From: Bacilli bacterium | Lineage (GTDB): Bacteria > Bacillota_I > Bacilli_A > RF39 > UBA660 | Length of the DNA: 64,000 nucleotides | Reading direction: 5' to 3' | Assembly (NCBI GenBank): GCA_017528315.1 | Contig: JAFXOW010000003.1 | Location: 95,222 to 159,221, forward strand | Shown: positions 1 through 8,914 of the stretch, one piece after another | Layout: each line of letters opens with the position of its first letter | Numbering within the stretch: position 1 is the first letter of the stretch | Position numbers and translations under genes: made by a program | The notes under the pieces: generated by a model | Database searches by the model: none | What the model was told of the DNA's origin: nothing | What the model saw: the letters and a program-made list of their open reading frames with translations, nothing else

Positions 1-578
1 ATCCAATTTTCATCAATATTTTTTATATTACGATAAGAAGTAATTATTCTTTCTCCAGAGTCAAATGCATTATTCATTTTGCTAATATAATCTTTTTTTA
101 ATAAATTGTCTGCATCAAAAACAAAAAATCCTTCAAAATTACTTCTACCATAATCTTCTTCAATTCTATCAAACAAATATTCTAAAGCATAGCCTTTTGT
201 TTTATGTTCAGTATCAAATCTTTCATAACAAATACATCCCTTACTTCTAGCTATTTCAGCAGTTTTATCTGTACAATTATCTGCTACAACAAAAATTGTA
301 ATTAATTCACTAGGATAATCTTGTTTTTTTATACTATCTATTAAATTTCCTATAACCATTTCTTCATTTCTGGCTGAAATAACTATTCCATATTTATGAT
401 AATTTTTAGCTTCATTAAATTTTCTTGTAAAAAATAAACCAATAATAAAATATGCAACTTGATAGACTACTAAAGCTGGTAATAATGTTCCTATAAAATT
501 ATTTATATTACGAGCTGCTGGATATAAACTACCTAAAAATCTAATTATAATATCTAATAAATAATTAATAAAACCCAT
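1..578 (-). CDS. Family 2 glycosyltransferase, membrane-anchored (N-terminal part only; the gene runs off the left edge)
   Basis: Absent from the ORF track because it is truncated by the window. Reverse-strand ATG at 578 follows a GTGAGG RBS. The translation MGFINYLLDIIIRFLG...KYGIVISARNEEMVIGNLIDSIKKQDYPSELITIFVVADNCTDKTAEIARSKG...GFFVFDADNLL has a GT2-like layout (ARNEE start, FDAD DxD-like motif). Confidence 0.6.
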   Translation of the reverse strand, partial: MGFINYLLDIIIRFLGSLYPAARNINNFIGTLLPALVVYQVAYFIIGLFFTRKFNEAKNYHKYGIVISARNEEMVIGNLIDSIKKQDYPSELITIFVVADNCTDKTAEIARSKGCICYERFDTEHKTKGYALEYLFDRIEEDYGRSNFEGFFVFDADNLLKKDYISKMNNAFDSGERIITSYRNIKNIDENW

Positions 579-636
579 GAAAAAACCTCACTTCTATCAT
601 AGAAATTATATCATGTTACAAATAAAAAGAAAAGTA

Positions 637-664
637 CCAAAAAAGAAAAGAATTACTTCTTTTC
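637..664 (-). terminator. Intrinsic terminator of ftsH
   Basis: On the minus strand GAAAAGAA-GTAA-TTCTTTTC is followed by TTTTTTGG. The hairpin overlaps the stop codon. Confidence 0.5.
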
Positions 665-2662
665 TTCTGTATTATCGCTTTCTTCTACTGCAACATCATT
701 TGCTTCAAGTAAACGAATTAAATCATCTTTAGACATCTTAGAATATCCTTTTATTTCTTTAGATTTAGCCAAATCTTTTAATTCTTCTAATGTCATATCA
801 GAAAAATTTATGGTTGCCTCTTCTTCTTTTGGTAAACATTTATGTTCTACTAAATAATCAATTTGTTCTTTTGTAAGTGTCTCAGTTTCAAGTAATGCTT
901 CAGCTATAAGTTTAACTAAATCAGTATTTTCTTTTAATATTTCCGTTGCTTTTTTATAGCAGTTATCTACTATCTTACGCATTTCTTCATCTATTTCATG
1001 AGCTACTATATCGGAGAAATTTCGACTCTTATTATAATCACGTCCAATAAAAACACTTTCTGATTGTTGTTCTAATTGAACTGGTCCTAAATCACTCATA
1101 CCATATTCAGTAACCATAGCACGAGCTATCTTAGTTGCTTTTTCAAAGTCATTATGAGCTCCTGTTGTAATCTCTCCAAAGTTTAATTCTTCTGATACAC
1201 GTCCTCCAAGTAATCCCGTAATTTGTTCAAGTAATTCAGTTTTAGTAGCTGTATATTTTTCTTCTTTAGGAACCATCATGTTATATCCACCAGCATAACT
1301 TCTTGGAATAATAGTTACTTTTTGAACAATATTAGCTGAACTTAACTTAAGTCCAATAACAGCATGTCCTGCTTCATGAAATGCCACAAGTCTCTTTTCT
1401 TCTTCCGTATATTTTTTACTTTTCTTAGCAGGTCCCATCATAACTCTATCAGTTGCTTCATCTACTTCACTCATTGTAATATGATCTTTATTTCTTCTTA
1501 CAGCAAGTAAAGCTGCTTCATTAAGTAAGTTTTCAAGGTCAGCTCCTGAAAATCCTGGAGTACGACGAGCTAAATTTTCTAAAGTTACATTCTTATCTAA
1601 AATTTTATTTCTTGCATGAACTTCTAATATTTCTTCACGAGCTTTTACATCTGGTAAATTAACTGTTACTTGTCTATCAAATCTTCCTGGACGAAGTAAA
1701 GCTGGGTCTAGTACATCAGCTCTATTAGTTGCTGCAATAATGATTATTCCTTCATTAGCTCCAAATCCATCCATTTCGGTTAGTAATTGATTTAAGGTTT
1801 GTTCACGTTCATCGTGTCCTCCACCTAATCCAGTTCCTCTTTGACGACCTACAGCATCTATTTCATCAATAAATATTAAACAAGGCGCATTATGTTTAGC
1901 TTGACGGAACATGTCCCTTACACGACTAGCTCCAACACCAACAAATAATTCTACAAAGTCAGATCCACTTATATAATAAAATGGAACATTAGCTTCACCA
2001 GCAACAGCACGAGCCAGTAACGTTTTACCAGTTCCTGGAGGACCTACAAGTAAAACTCCTTTAGGAATTCTTGCTCCAAGCTTGGTAAACTTTTTAGGAT
2101 TTTTCAAGAAATCAATAAGTTCTTTTAATTCTTCTTTCTCTTCTTTAAGTCCAGCTACTTCGTTAAAAGTTACTTTCTTTTGACTATCATCAAGTTTAGC
2201 TCTACTTTTACCAAAATCAAATGATTTATTATTACCACCTATTTGACGAGTTAAAATATAGAACATAAATCCCCCAACAAGAATTATTGGTAAGAAATTA
2301 ACTAATACAACTAACCATAAACTTCCATTAGGATCACTTTTAGTTTTAATCTTAAAATCATATTTCTCATTAGCAACAGTTATTTGTTTAACTATTTCTT
2401 CACTAAGAGGTGCTGTTACTCTAAATGTTTCTCTTTCTTTATAATCTTTTAATTTACCTGTAATTGTATAAACACCACCATCTATACTAGGTAAAATAGT
2501 TACTTCTTCTACTTCATTGTTATTTAAAGCACTAACAAACTTATCATAAGATAATTCATGTTCTGTAACATTTAATATATTAAATAAATAAATTACTCCA
2601 AGCATTATTACTATAAGTGCCAAATATGGTATTAATCCTTTTTTAATTTCTTTTTTATTCAT
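653..2662 (-). CDS. ftsH: ATP-dependent zinc metalloprotease FtsH with an unusual C-terminal Rho_N/SAP-like tail
   Basis: N-terminal TM segments, Walker A GPPGTGKT, Walker B LIFIDEID and the zinc site HEAGHAV. Confidence 0.95.
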   Translation of the reverse strand: MNKKEIKKGLIPYLALIVIMLGVIYLFNILNVTEHELSYDKFVSALNNNEVEEVTILPSIDGGVYTITGKLKDYKERETFRVTAPLSEEIVKQITVANEKYDFKIKTKSDPNGSLWLVVLVNFLPIILVGGFMFYILTRQIGGNNKSFDFGKSRAKLDDSQKKVTFNEVAGLKEEKEELKELIDFLKNPKKFTKLGARIPKGVLLVGPPGTGKTLLARAVAGEANVPFYYISGSDFVELFVGVGASRVRDMFRQAKHNAPCLIFIDEIDAVGRQRGTGLGGGHDEREQTLNQLLTEMDGFGANEGIIIIAATNRADVLDPALLRPGRFDRQVTVNLPDVKAREEILEVHARNKILDKNVTLENLARRTPGFSGADLENLLNEAALLAVRRNKDHITMSEVDEATDRVMMGPAKKSKKYTEEEKRLVAFHEAGHAVIGLKLSSANIVQKVTIIPRSYAGGYNMMVPKEEKYTATKTELLEQITGLLGGRVSEELNFGEITTGAHNDFEKATKIARAMVTEYGMSDLGPVQLEQQSESVFIGRDYNKSRNFSDIVAHEIDEEMRKIVDNCYKKATEILKENTDLVKLIAEALLETETLTKEQIDYLVEHKCLPKEEEATINFSDMTLEELKDLAKSKEIKGYSKMSKDDLIRLLEANDVAVEESDNTEEKK

Positions 2663-2674
2663 CTTTTTTCTCCC

Positions 2675-3991
2675 TCACAAACATTTAATTATTATATCAC
2701 ACTTTTCATGATTTTTACTATCATATTTTGATTTTTTTAATTTTGGTATCCAAATTATTTTATCTTCACTATCAACAACTACTGGATAACTTTCTCTTTC
2801 AACTTTACTTATCTTACTATCAATAAAAACATCACTAACCCGTCTTTTTCCATTCGTTCCCTTTAATTCTATAAAGTCTCCTTCTTTTTTATTCCTAACA
2901 TAGAGTGGTAATTTTACCATATGACTTTCTAAATGCAAAGTATCATTTCCATTTTCTTCTTTATCTAATTTAATAAACTTAAATCCATTTGGAATTACTA
3001 AACCATCAATAAGTTCTAATTTATATTCTTTACTTTCTAATTCTTCAATAAATTCTAAATATCCATAATTAATAATAGCTATTATATTATCAGGTAAATT
3101 AATACTATTTCCGTTTTTATTTTTCTTAATTAAATTTAATAATATATCTATATGCTTTTCTTCTATCTTAGATAATTTATTATATAAATCTTTCATAATT
3201 TTTTCTAAAACTAATCTTTTTATAAAATCATCTTCTTTATTAAATAAATCAAGATTTATCTTTCTATTCTCATATACTTTATCTACTACTTTATCTACTA
3301 CTTTATCTAAATAATTAGTAGCATCTTCTAACATTTTACTAAACTTTAAAAATTTTAAATGTACATCTTTATCTTCTTCTTTTAAAAAAGGTAATATATT
3401 CATTCGATATCTATTTCTTGTATATTTAGAAGATTCATTACTTTTATCTATTCGATAAGGAATATTATTTTTATCATTAAATTCTTTTATTTCTTTTTTA
3501 GTCATATATAAAAGAGGTCTTACTATTTTATAATTATCCATATTTCTTATAAGTTCTATTCCTGTATATCCATGAATAGTTGATCCTCTTGTTAATCTCA
3601 TTAAAATAGTTTCTATTAAATCATCTCCATGATGAGCTGTCATCAAATAATTAGCTTTATATTTTTTTATTAAAGTCTCATAAAAATTATATCTAATATT
3701 TCTAGCATATTCATGAAAATTCTCTTTACTATATTCTTCTATTTTCATACTAGAAAATTCTACTTTATTTTTTAAACAATATTCTTTTAAAAAGACTTCT
3801 TCTTCCATACTTTCTATCCTAACATTATGATTTATATGAGAAACTATGAGAGAAAAACCAATTTTATTTCTTAATTCCATTAAAATCCAAAGTAAAAACA
3901 TAGAATCAGGTCCTGCTGATACTCCCACTACTATTTTATCATTTTTATTTAATTTAACTTGATTTATTAAAAAATCATAGACTAAGTCCAT
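2675..3991 (-). CDS. tilS: tRNA(Ile)-lysidine synthase
   Basis: PP-loop motif GVSAGPDS near the N-terminus. The position next to ftsH matches Bacillus. Confidence 0.9.
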   Translation of the reverse strand: MDLVYDFLINQVKLNKNDKIVVGVSAGPDSMFLLWILMELRNKIGFSLIVSHINHNVRIESMEEEVFLKEYCLKNKVEFSSMKIEEYSKENFHEYARNIRYNFYETLIKKYKANYLMTAHHGDDLIETILMRLTRGSTIHGYTGIELIRNMDNYKIVRPLLYMTKKEIKEFNDKNNIPYRIDKSNESSKYTRNRYRMNILPFLKEEDKDVHLKFLKFSKMLEDATNYLDKVVDKVVDKVYENRKINLDLFNKEDDFIKRLVLEKIMKDLYNKLSKIEEKHIDILLNLIKKNKNGNSINLPDNIIAIINYGYLEFIEELESKEYKLELIDGLVIPNGFKFIKLDKEENGNDTLHLESHMVKLPLYVRNKKEGDFIELKGTNGKRRVSDVFIDSKISKVERESYPVVVDSEDKIIWIPKLKKSKYDSKNHEKCDIIIKCL

Positions 3992-4040
3992 AAAAATTCA
4001 CCTTGAAAATATTTTACTAGATTTACCTTAATTAATCAAT

Positions 4041-4069
4041 AGAAAAAGAGTTATTAATTTAATAACTCT
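4041..4069 (-). terminator. Intrinsic terminator after divIC
   Basis: Minus strand AGAGTTATTAA-A-TTAATAACTCT followed by TTTTTC. Confidence 0.5.
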
Positions 4070-4082
4070 ATAACGATACAGA

Positions 4083-4391
4083 TTATTTATCTTCTTCAGG
4101 TATTCTTAAAATTAATTCTCCATCTTTAGAATAAAAATATTTTTCTCTAGCATATCTTGCTAAATAATCTGGATCTTCTAATTTCTTAACATCCGCTTCT
4201 AATTCTTTTTCTTTTTCTTCTAAGGCTACTAATTTCTTTTCTAAATTACTTTTTTCTTGATATTTATCTACTATTTCAAAGAAAGCGCTTCCAAGTGTAA
4301 TAACAACTGCAACAATAGCTATAATCGATATAAGCCCAAAAGTTGCAATTCTTCGAGCTTTTTTCTTCACTCTACGTTTTTTTCTAGCCAT
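4083..4391 (-). CDS. divIC: Septum formation initiator (DivIC/FtsB family)
   Basis: Basic N-terminus, a single TM segment, then a coiled coil (LEKKLVALEEKEKELEADVKKLED). The yabP-yabQ-divIC synteny is kept. Confidence 0.7.
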   Translation of the reverse strand: MARKKRRVKKKARRIATFGLISIIAIVAVVITLGSAFFEIVDKYQEKSNLEKKLVALEEKEKELEADVKKLEDPDYLARYAREKYFYSKDGELILRIPEEDK

Positions 4392-4445
4392 TCTATCACT
4401 TCCAATTCTACTTCTATTATATCAAGTTTGTTAAACCAATTCAAC

Positions 4446-4718
4446 CTAAATTCTTATCTTTTTGAATAAATGATTATAAAGAAAGAAACTAATCAAAAAT
4501 AGAAACAGCATATAATAATGAATTATACCACCACTAATTAAATATATAAAATAAAAATAAATACTACCCATTAGAAAGAAAAATATAAAATTGGTTACTA
4601 TATTAATAATTATACTTTTAGTAAATAAAAATCTATATAATATATTAAATAAAAATGCAAATACTATTCCATATATAAAAGTAAAAACAAGAGTTCTAAT
4701 TTGTTCAATTAAAGTCAT
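4446..4718 (-). CDS. yabQ: Spore cortex biosynthesis protein YabQ-like small membrane protein
   Basis: 90-aa polytopic membrane protein. It overlaps the yabP stop by 4 nt, as the yabP-yabQ pair does in Bacilli. Confidence 0.55.
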   Translation of the reverse strand: MTLIEQIRTLVFTFIYGIVFAFLFNILYRFLFTKSIIINIVTNFIFFFLMGSIYFYFIYLISGGIIHYYMLFLFLISFFLYNHLFKKIRI

Positions 4719-5008
4719 TTAAATAACCTACTAATAACTGAATTTTCTTTTTGTTTTTTAGTTACATTTTCGGAAACGTAATTAAAACTATTTACTAGTC
4801 CCTTAATAGTAGCTATACCCTCTCTAGTATCTAATTTTACAAGTTCTAAATCACTTCCTTTAAGGACAATATATCCCATAACACTTTCAATTAAAAACTC
4901 TTCATTATCAAAACTATCTACCTTTTTAACACCACTAATAGTAACATTTTTTCTTTCTATCATATTAAACGTATGATTAAAGTTATGTATTTGATTATCC
5001 CTTTCCAT
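4715..5008 (-). CDS. yabP: Sporulation protein YabP
   Basis: 97 aa with RKNVTISGVKKVDSFDNEEFLIESVMGYIVLKGSDLELVKLD, typical of the YabP family. Confidence 0.8.
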   Translation of the reverse strand: MERDNQIHNFNHTFNMIERKNVTISGVKKVDSFDNEEFLIESVMGYIVLKGSDLELVKLDTREGIATIKGLVNSFNYVSENVTKKQKENSVISRLFK

Positions 5009-5042
5009 ATAATTCCCCCAAAAAATTATATGTTTTAAAATT

Positions 5043-5064
5043 AAAAAAAGACCAATCGGTCTTT
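5043..5064 (-). terminator. Intrinsic terminator of spoVG
   Basis: Minus strand AAAGACC-GATT-GGTCTTT followed by TTTTAA. Confidence 0.6.
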
Positions 5065-5066
5065 AA

Positions 5067-5360
5067 TTATTCTTCTTCAGTTTCACTAGTATTATGTAAT
5101 GGAGTTATTTCAGTCTTTTCAAATTGTTCTAAAATAGCATCTTCAAACATCTTTCTAGTTTCACGATTAATTGGATGAGCTATATCTTTGTGTCCACCTG
5201 GTACTTTCTTGCTTGGCATAGCAATAAATAGTCCATTGTCACCATCAATTATACGAATATCTCTTACAACAAAACATTCATCTAATTGAACAGTTGCTCT
5301 TCCTTTCATTCTTGAACCTTCTTTTTCAAATCTTGTCACGTCTACTTTTGTGATCTTCAT
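5067..5360 (-). CDS. spoVG: Septation/regulatory protein SpoVG
   Basis: MKITKVDV...GRATVQLDECFVVRDIRIIDGDNGLFIAMPSKK...HKDIAHPINRETR is canonical SpoVG. Confidence 0.95.
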   Translation of the reverse strand: MKITKVDVTRFEKEGSRMKGRATVQLDECFVVRDIRIIDGDNGLFIAMPSKKVPGGHKDIAHPINRETRKMFEDAILEQFEKTEITPLHNTSETEEE

Positions 5361-5458
5361 ATGTATCCTCCTTTTGAACTACATGTTCTACTTAAATAAT
5401 ATAATAAAATACCAAAAAAAGCAATACATTTTTCTAAAATTTGTAAAATACTTGACAT

Positions 5459-5489
5459 AAAGAAAAGACCTTGAATTCATCAAAGTCTT
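5459..5489 (-). terminator. Intrinsic terminator of TasA-like paralogue 1
   Basis: Minus strand AAGACTTTGA-TGAAT-TCAAGGTCTT followed by a T-run. Confidence 0.6.
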
Positions 5490-5505
5490 ATTTGTTAATT
5501 AAATA

Positions 5506-6282
5506 TTATGATGCTTGTACAGCACTTGCATCTACTCTAATTTTTGCTGCATAAACATAATTTGAATATACTTTATTACCAGTTTCACATCCATATTGAC
5601 TTGGATTTGCTCCAGTATTAGCAGCTACATTGTTAGCTTTTTCAACAGCATCATGAGCACAATAATCAGCATTTGGATCTGTATCTGAAATTGTAATTTC
5701 ACTACCATCAATCCATAGATTAACAGTATATGAATGAACTATATCAGTTGATCCACCAGCTGCAAATGTACCAGTTCCAAGAGTTATACCATCACCTTCA
5801 GCAGATGTTGCATCTGTTGTCATGTTAATTGTTTCTCCAGTTCCTGCTTTATCATGAACAGTTGTAGCAGCTATATCAGTAGCATGACCTGTTCCAGTTC
5901 CACTCATAATCAAACCAACTTCAGAATCTGTAAACCATTTTTTGTTTTGAGCACTTATTGTACCAGGAATTAATGAAATTGTGTAATTAATAGGACTTGT
6001 TGTTGAATTTCTTCCTGTTACAGTAAACTTAATTACAGCAACGTTTTCGTTAGCTGCAGCAGTAGTTTGAACAGAAGTAATGGTTTGTGGCATAGCATTT
6101 GTAACTTGAGCTTCAGCTTCTGTCAATAAGTAAGTGTAAATTTCACCAGTTGTGATTGTATTATTTTGATTTCCTACTTTAGCATAAGTAAAGAATGCAA
6201 ATGATACCCCAACAACAGCTACAACCAAAACAGCAATTCCTAATACTGATAATAAAACTTGTTTTGATGAATTTCCATTCAT
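5506..6282 (-). CDS. Secreted protein with TasA/camelysin-like (SipW-type) signal peptide, paralogue 1 (divergent)
   Basis: N-terminus KQVLLSVLGIAVLVVAVVGVSFAFFTYAKVGNQNNTITTGEIY. The mature part is T/A/G/S-rich with two Cys (YCAHD, YGCETG). Own promoter TTGCAA-17-TAATAT and RBS AAGGAGG. Confidence 0.55.
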   Translation of the reverse strand: MNGNSSKQVLLSVLGIAVLVVAVVGVSFAFFTYAKVGNQNNTITTGEIYTYLLTEAEAQVTNAMPQTITSVQTTAAANENVAVIKFTVTGRNSTTSPINYTISLIPGTISAQNKKWFTDSEVGLIMSGTGTGHATDIAATTVHDKAGTGETINMTTDATSAEGDGITLGTGTFAAGGSTDIVHSYTVNLWIDGSEITISDTDPNADYCAHDAVEKANNVAANTGANPSQYGCETGNKVYSNYVYAAKIRVDASAVQAS

Positions 6283-6428
6283 TTCTCTATCCTCCTTACA
6301 ATAAAAATATTAGCATATTAATGGTAGTTTTGCAATACTTTTTTTTCATATCTTTCATTGCTTTTATTTTTTGATGTAATGTTACAATTGATGTAAAACA
6401 TTTTTTACTTTTTATAGATGTAAATTAT

Positions 6429-6453
6429 AAAAAAAATAGACACAAAGTCTATT
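6429..6453 (-). terminator. Intrinsic terminator of paralogue 2
   Basis: Minus strand AATAGAC-TTTGT-GTCTATT followed by TTTTTTT. Confidence 0.65.
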
Positions 6454-6454
6454 T

Positions 6455-7258
6455 TTAAGATGCTGAATTTGCTATTTGTCCAACTACTTTTACTTTTAAT
6501 GAATAATACATTTTATCATATGTAGTTAAGTACGTATGAGCACTTGTTGAATCAGAATCAGCTGCTTCTGTTACTGTACTATTATTTAAATACAACTTAC
6601 AACCACTTGTATATGTATTGTTTGTTACGACACGATCAGATGCACAATAGGTTGTAGCAAGAGAAACATCATTCCAAGTAACTGATGTATCAGTATCAGA
6701 AATTCTTACAGTATCATTTACAAACATTTTTAAAGTATAACTATCTGTTTGTGGATTATTTACTGGAGTTCCGGCTGCAATTGAATGAGTTGCTAAAATC
6801 ATACCTGGATTTGAATCAACTGCATTTGTTACTGGTGTTGGTGTAGTTACTGATGATGTAGCACCAGCAGGTTTAGAACTCAAGAAAATACTTATCTGAC
6901 TATTAGGAAATCTAGTTTTACCACTTGGTGTATCTAACGGATTTGGTGCTACAGCATATACTGTATATGGAATAGCATTAGCTCCAGTTGAATATCCAGT
7001 AACAGTAAATGTCATTGATTGATTAGCACCTGTTAGTCCACTTGTTGCTTCACTATCATTCATTGGAAATTGATTAGTTAAACTTATTGAATTGGTTTCA
7101 GCAAAGTTCATATAGATAGAACCTGTTTCAATAGTATTAGTATTAGTTCCAGTCCTTGAATAACTAAAAAATGCAAATGACACTCCTATTATTGCTACTA
7201 CCAATACAGCAATACCAATAACAGACAACAATACTTGTTTAGAATTATTTCTTTCCAT
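6455..7258 (-). CDS. Secreted protein with TasA/camelysin-like (SipW-type) signal peptide, paralogue 2
   Basis: N-terminus KQVLLSVIGIAVLVVAIIGVSFAFFSYSRTGTNTNTIETGSIY. It shares long blocks with paralogue 3. Own promoter TTGAAG-17-TATATT. Confidence 0.55.
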   Translation of the reverse strand: MERNNSKQVLLSVIGIAVLVVAIIGVSFAFFSYSRTGTNTNTIETGSIYMNFAETNSISLTNQFPMNDSEATSGLTGANQSMTFTVTGYSTGANAIPYTVYAVAPNPLDTPSGKTRFPNSQISIFLSSKPAGATSSVTTPTPVTNAVDSNPGMILATHSIAAGTPVNNPQTDSYTLKMFVNDTVRISDTDTSVTWNDVSLATTYCASDRVVTNNTYTSGCKLYLNNSTVTEAADSDSTSAHTYLTTYDKMYYSLKVKVVGQIANSAS

Positions 7259-7310
7259 TTTCTATCCTCCTTATAATAAAAATATATCATAAATTATTAT
7301 AAACTTCAAT

Positions 7311-7349
7311 AAAAAAATACTAAAAAATATTTTTAATTTTTTAGTATTT
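7311..7349 (-). terminator. Intrinsic terminator of paralogue 3
   Basis: Perfect 14-bp AT-rich stem AAATACTAAAAAAT/ATTTTTTAGTATTT followed by a T-run on the minus strand. Confidence 0.5.
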
Positions 7350-7351
7350 AT

Positions 7352-8158
7352 TTATGCATTACCAACAACTCTTATTTTTAAAGAATAATACATTTTATCA
7401 TATGCTATCAAATACGTATGTGCTGCTCTCGAATCTGTATCAAGAGCAACAGATGGTGTACTTCCATATAATTTACATCCACTTACATAATTTCCTGTTC
7501 CCTCTGGTTCTGTCGACATTACTCTATCAGATGCACAATAATTAGTTGGGCGAGATACATCGTTCCAAGTAACAGATGCATTAGTATCAGAAATTCTTAC
7601 AGTGTCATTTACAAACATTTTTAAAGTATAGGTATCAACTTGTTCAGTATTTATTCCAGCTTTAATAGTTCCACTTGCTATAGCCCATCCAGTTGATGTA
7701 TCAACAGCTGAATTTACAACTGTAGGACTGGAAATATTATTAGTTATAGGTTGATCATTACTTGAAGATGTTGAACTAATAAATACACTTATTTGACTAT
7801 TAGGAAATCTTGTCTTACCACTCGGTGTATCTATTGGATTAGGTGCTATTGCATATATTGTATATGAAATTGCAGAAGTTCCACTAGAATAACCCGTAAT
7901 AGTAAAAGTCATTGATTGATTAGCCCCAGTTAATCCATTTATTGCTTCACTATTTGTTATTGGAAATGAATTAGTTAAACTTATAGTACTACTTTCGTTA
8001 AAAAACATATATATTTGACCTGTCTGTATAATATTATTAGCTGTTCCCGTTTTAGAATAACTAAAAAATGCAAACGATATTCCAACTACAGCTATTAATA
8101 ATATAATTATTGATATAATTGCAATTACTATTTCTACTGATTGATGTTTATTTTTCAC
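7352..8158 (-). CDS. Secreted protein with TasA/camelysin-like (SipW-type) signal peptide, paralogue 3
   Basis: GTG start 9 nt after GGAGGA. N-terminus IIILLIAVVGISFAFFSYSKTGTANNIIQTGQIY. Own promoter TTGTCA-17-TATATT. Confidence 0.55.
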   Translation of the reverse strand: MKNKHQSVEIVIAIISIIILLIAVVGISFAFFSYSKTGTANNIIQTGQIYMFFNESSTISLTNSFPITNSEAINGLTGANQSMTFTITGYSSGTSAISYTIYAIAPNPIDTPSGKTRFPNSQISVFISSTSSSNDQPITNNISSPTVVNSAVDTSTGWAIASGTIKAGINTEQVDTYTLKMFVNDTVRISDTNASVTWNDVSRPTNYCASDRVMSTEPEGTGNYVSGCKLYGSTPSVALDTDSRAAHTYLIAYDKMYYSLKIRVVGNA

Positions 8159-8263
8159 TTAGCCATCCTCCTATATTGTGAATATATCACATATTCTATA
8201 AATTGACAATACTATTTTAATTTATTTTAACTATGAAATGTAAATCAAAGATTATATTTTTTA

Positions 8264-8824
8264 TTAATAACCCCATCTCATAATTTTAAACTCTAAATTA
8301 CTATATTCTCCTAAATAAGAAGAAATACTTTCACTTTCAAATAATAATTTCATATTAAAATCAGTAACATCTATTCTTCTATCTAATACTATTGCTATAA
8401 AATTTATTTTATGATCTGATACTTTAATTATTGAACCACACGGAATAATATCAGATGCTGCAAGGATTCTTACATTACCATATGTTCTATCTTTATAATA
8501 AATTTTATTAATTATTTTAGAATTAGTTTCACATTTAAAATCTTGATAATCTAGTCCATAACCCATAATATTTCCTTTAAATTTTATTAAATTACCTTGA
8601 TTATTATTAAAATCTTCTATAGAAAATACTTCTATATAATTAGGTTCTTCTTTATCTATTTTTACTATTCGAGATGATTTAATTGATTTTACTGTATTTA
8701 TATTACTAGCAACTATAACATTTTTATTATTGCTAGTTGCAACTATAAATAATAAAGCAATTACTAAAAATAAACAAAAGAAATATTCTTTTAAAGAAGT
8801 ATTATTCTTATGTTTATATCTCAA
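8264..8824 (-). CDS. Membrane-anchored protein with a 3D/RlpA-like (double-psi beta-barrel) C-terminal region, YabE-position
   Basis: TTG start after GAGGTGG, N-terminal TM segment. The C-terminus NVRILAASDIIPCGSIIKVSD...AIVLDRRIDVTDFNM resembles 3D-domain proteins. It sits directly after tatD, as yabE does in Bacillus. Promoter TTGACG-17-TATATT. Confidence 0.4.
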   Translation of the reverse strand: MRYKHKNNTSLKEYFFCLFLVIALLFIVATSNNKNVIVASNINTVKSIKSSRIVKIDKEEPNYIEVFSIEDFNNNQGNLIKFKGNIMGYGLDYQDFKCETNSKIINKIYYKDRTYGNVRILAASDIIPCGSIIKVSDHKINFIAIVLDRRIDVTDFNMKLLFESESISSYLGEYSNLEFKIMRWGY

Positions 8825-8914
8825 ACTACACCACCTCTACTCTATAATAAAAATATAACACTAAATTTATTTTTCGTCAAATTTTGCAACTAAAAAAATT
8901 AGATTAATTTTTAA

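Noticed and set aside
4257-4469. A 70-aa plus-strand ORF overlapping divIC. Analogous antisense ORFs lie at 7354-7545, 13375-13563, 18869-19096, 20228-20512, 20959-21219, 21766-21966 and 31959-32213.
   Set aside because: Each lies entirely or mostly within a confidently identified minus-strand gene and has no RBS or motif.
8873-8879. A 0A-box variant TGACGAA overlapping the -35 (TTGACG) of the 3D-domain gene promoter.
   Set aside because: It is a single copy in the opposite orientation to the tandem boxes at comK and the NTase cassette. It is fully explained as an ordinary -35 hexamer.
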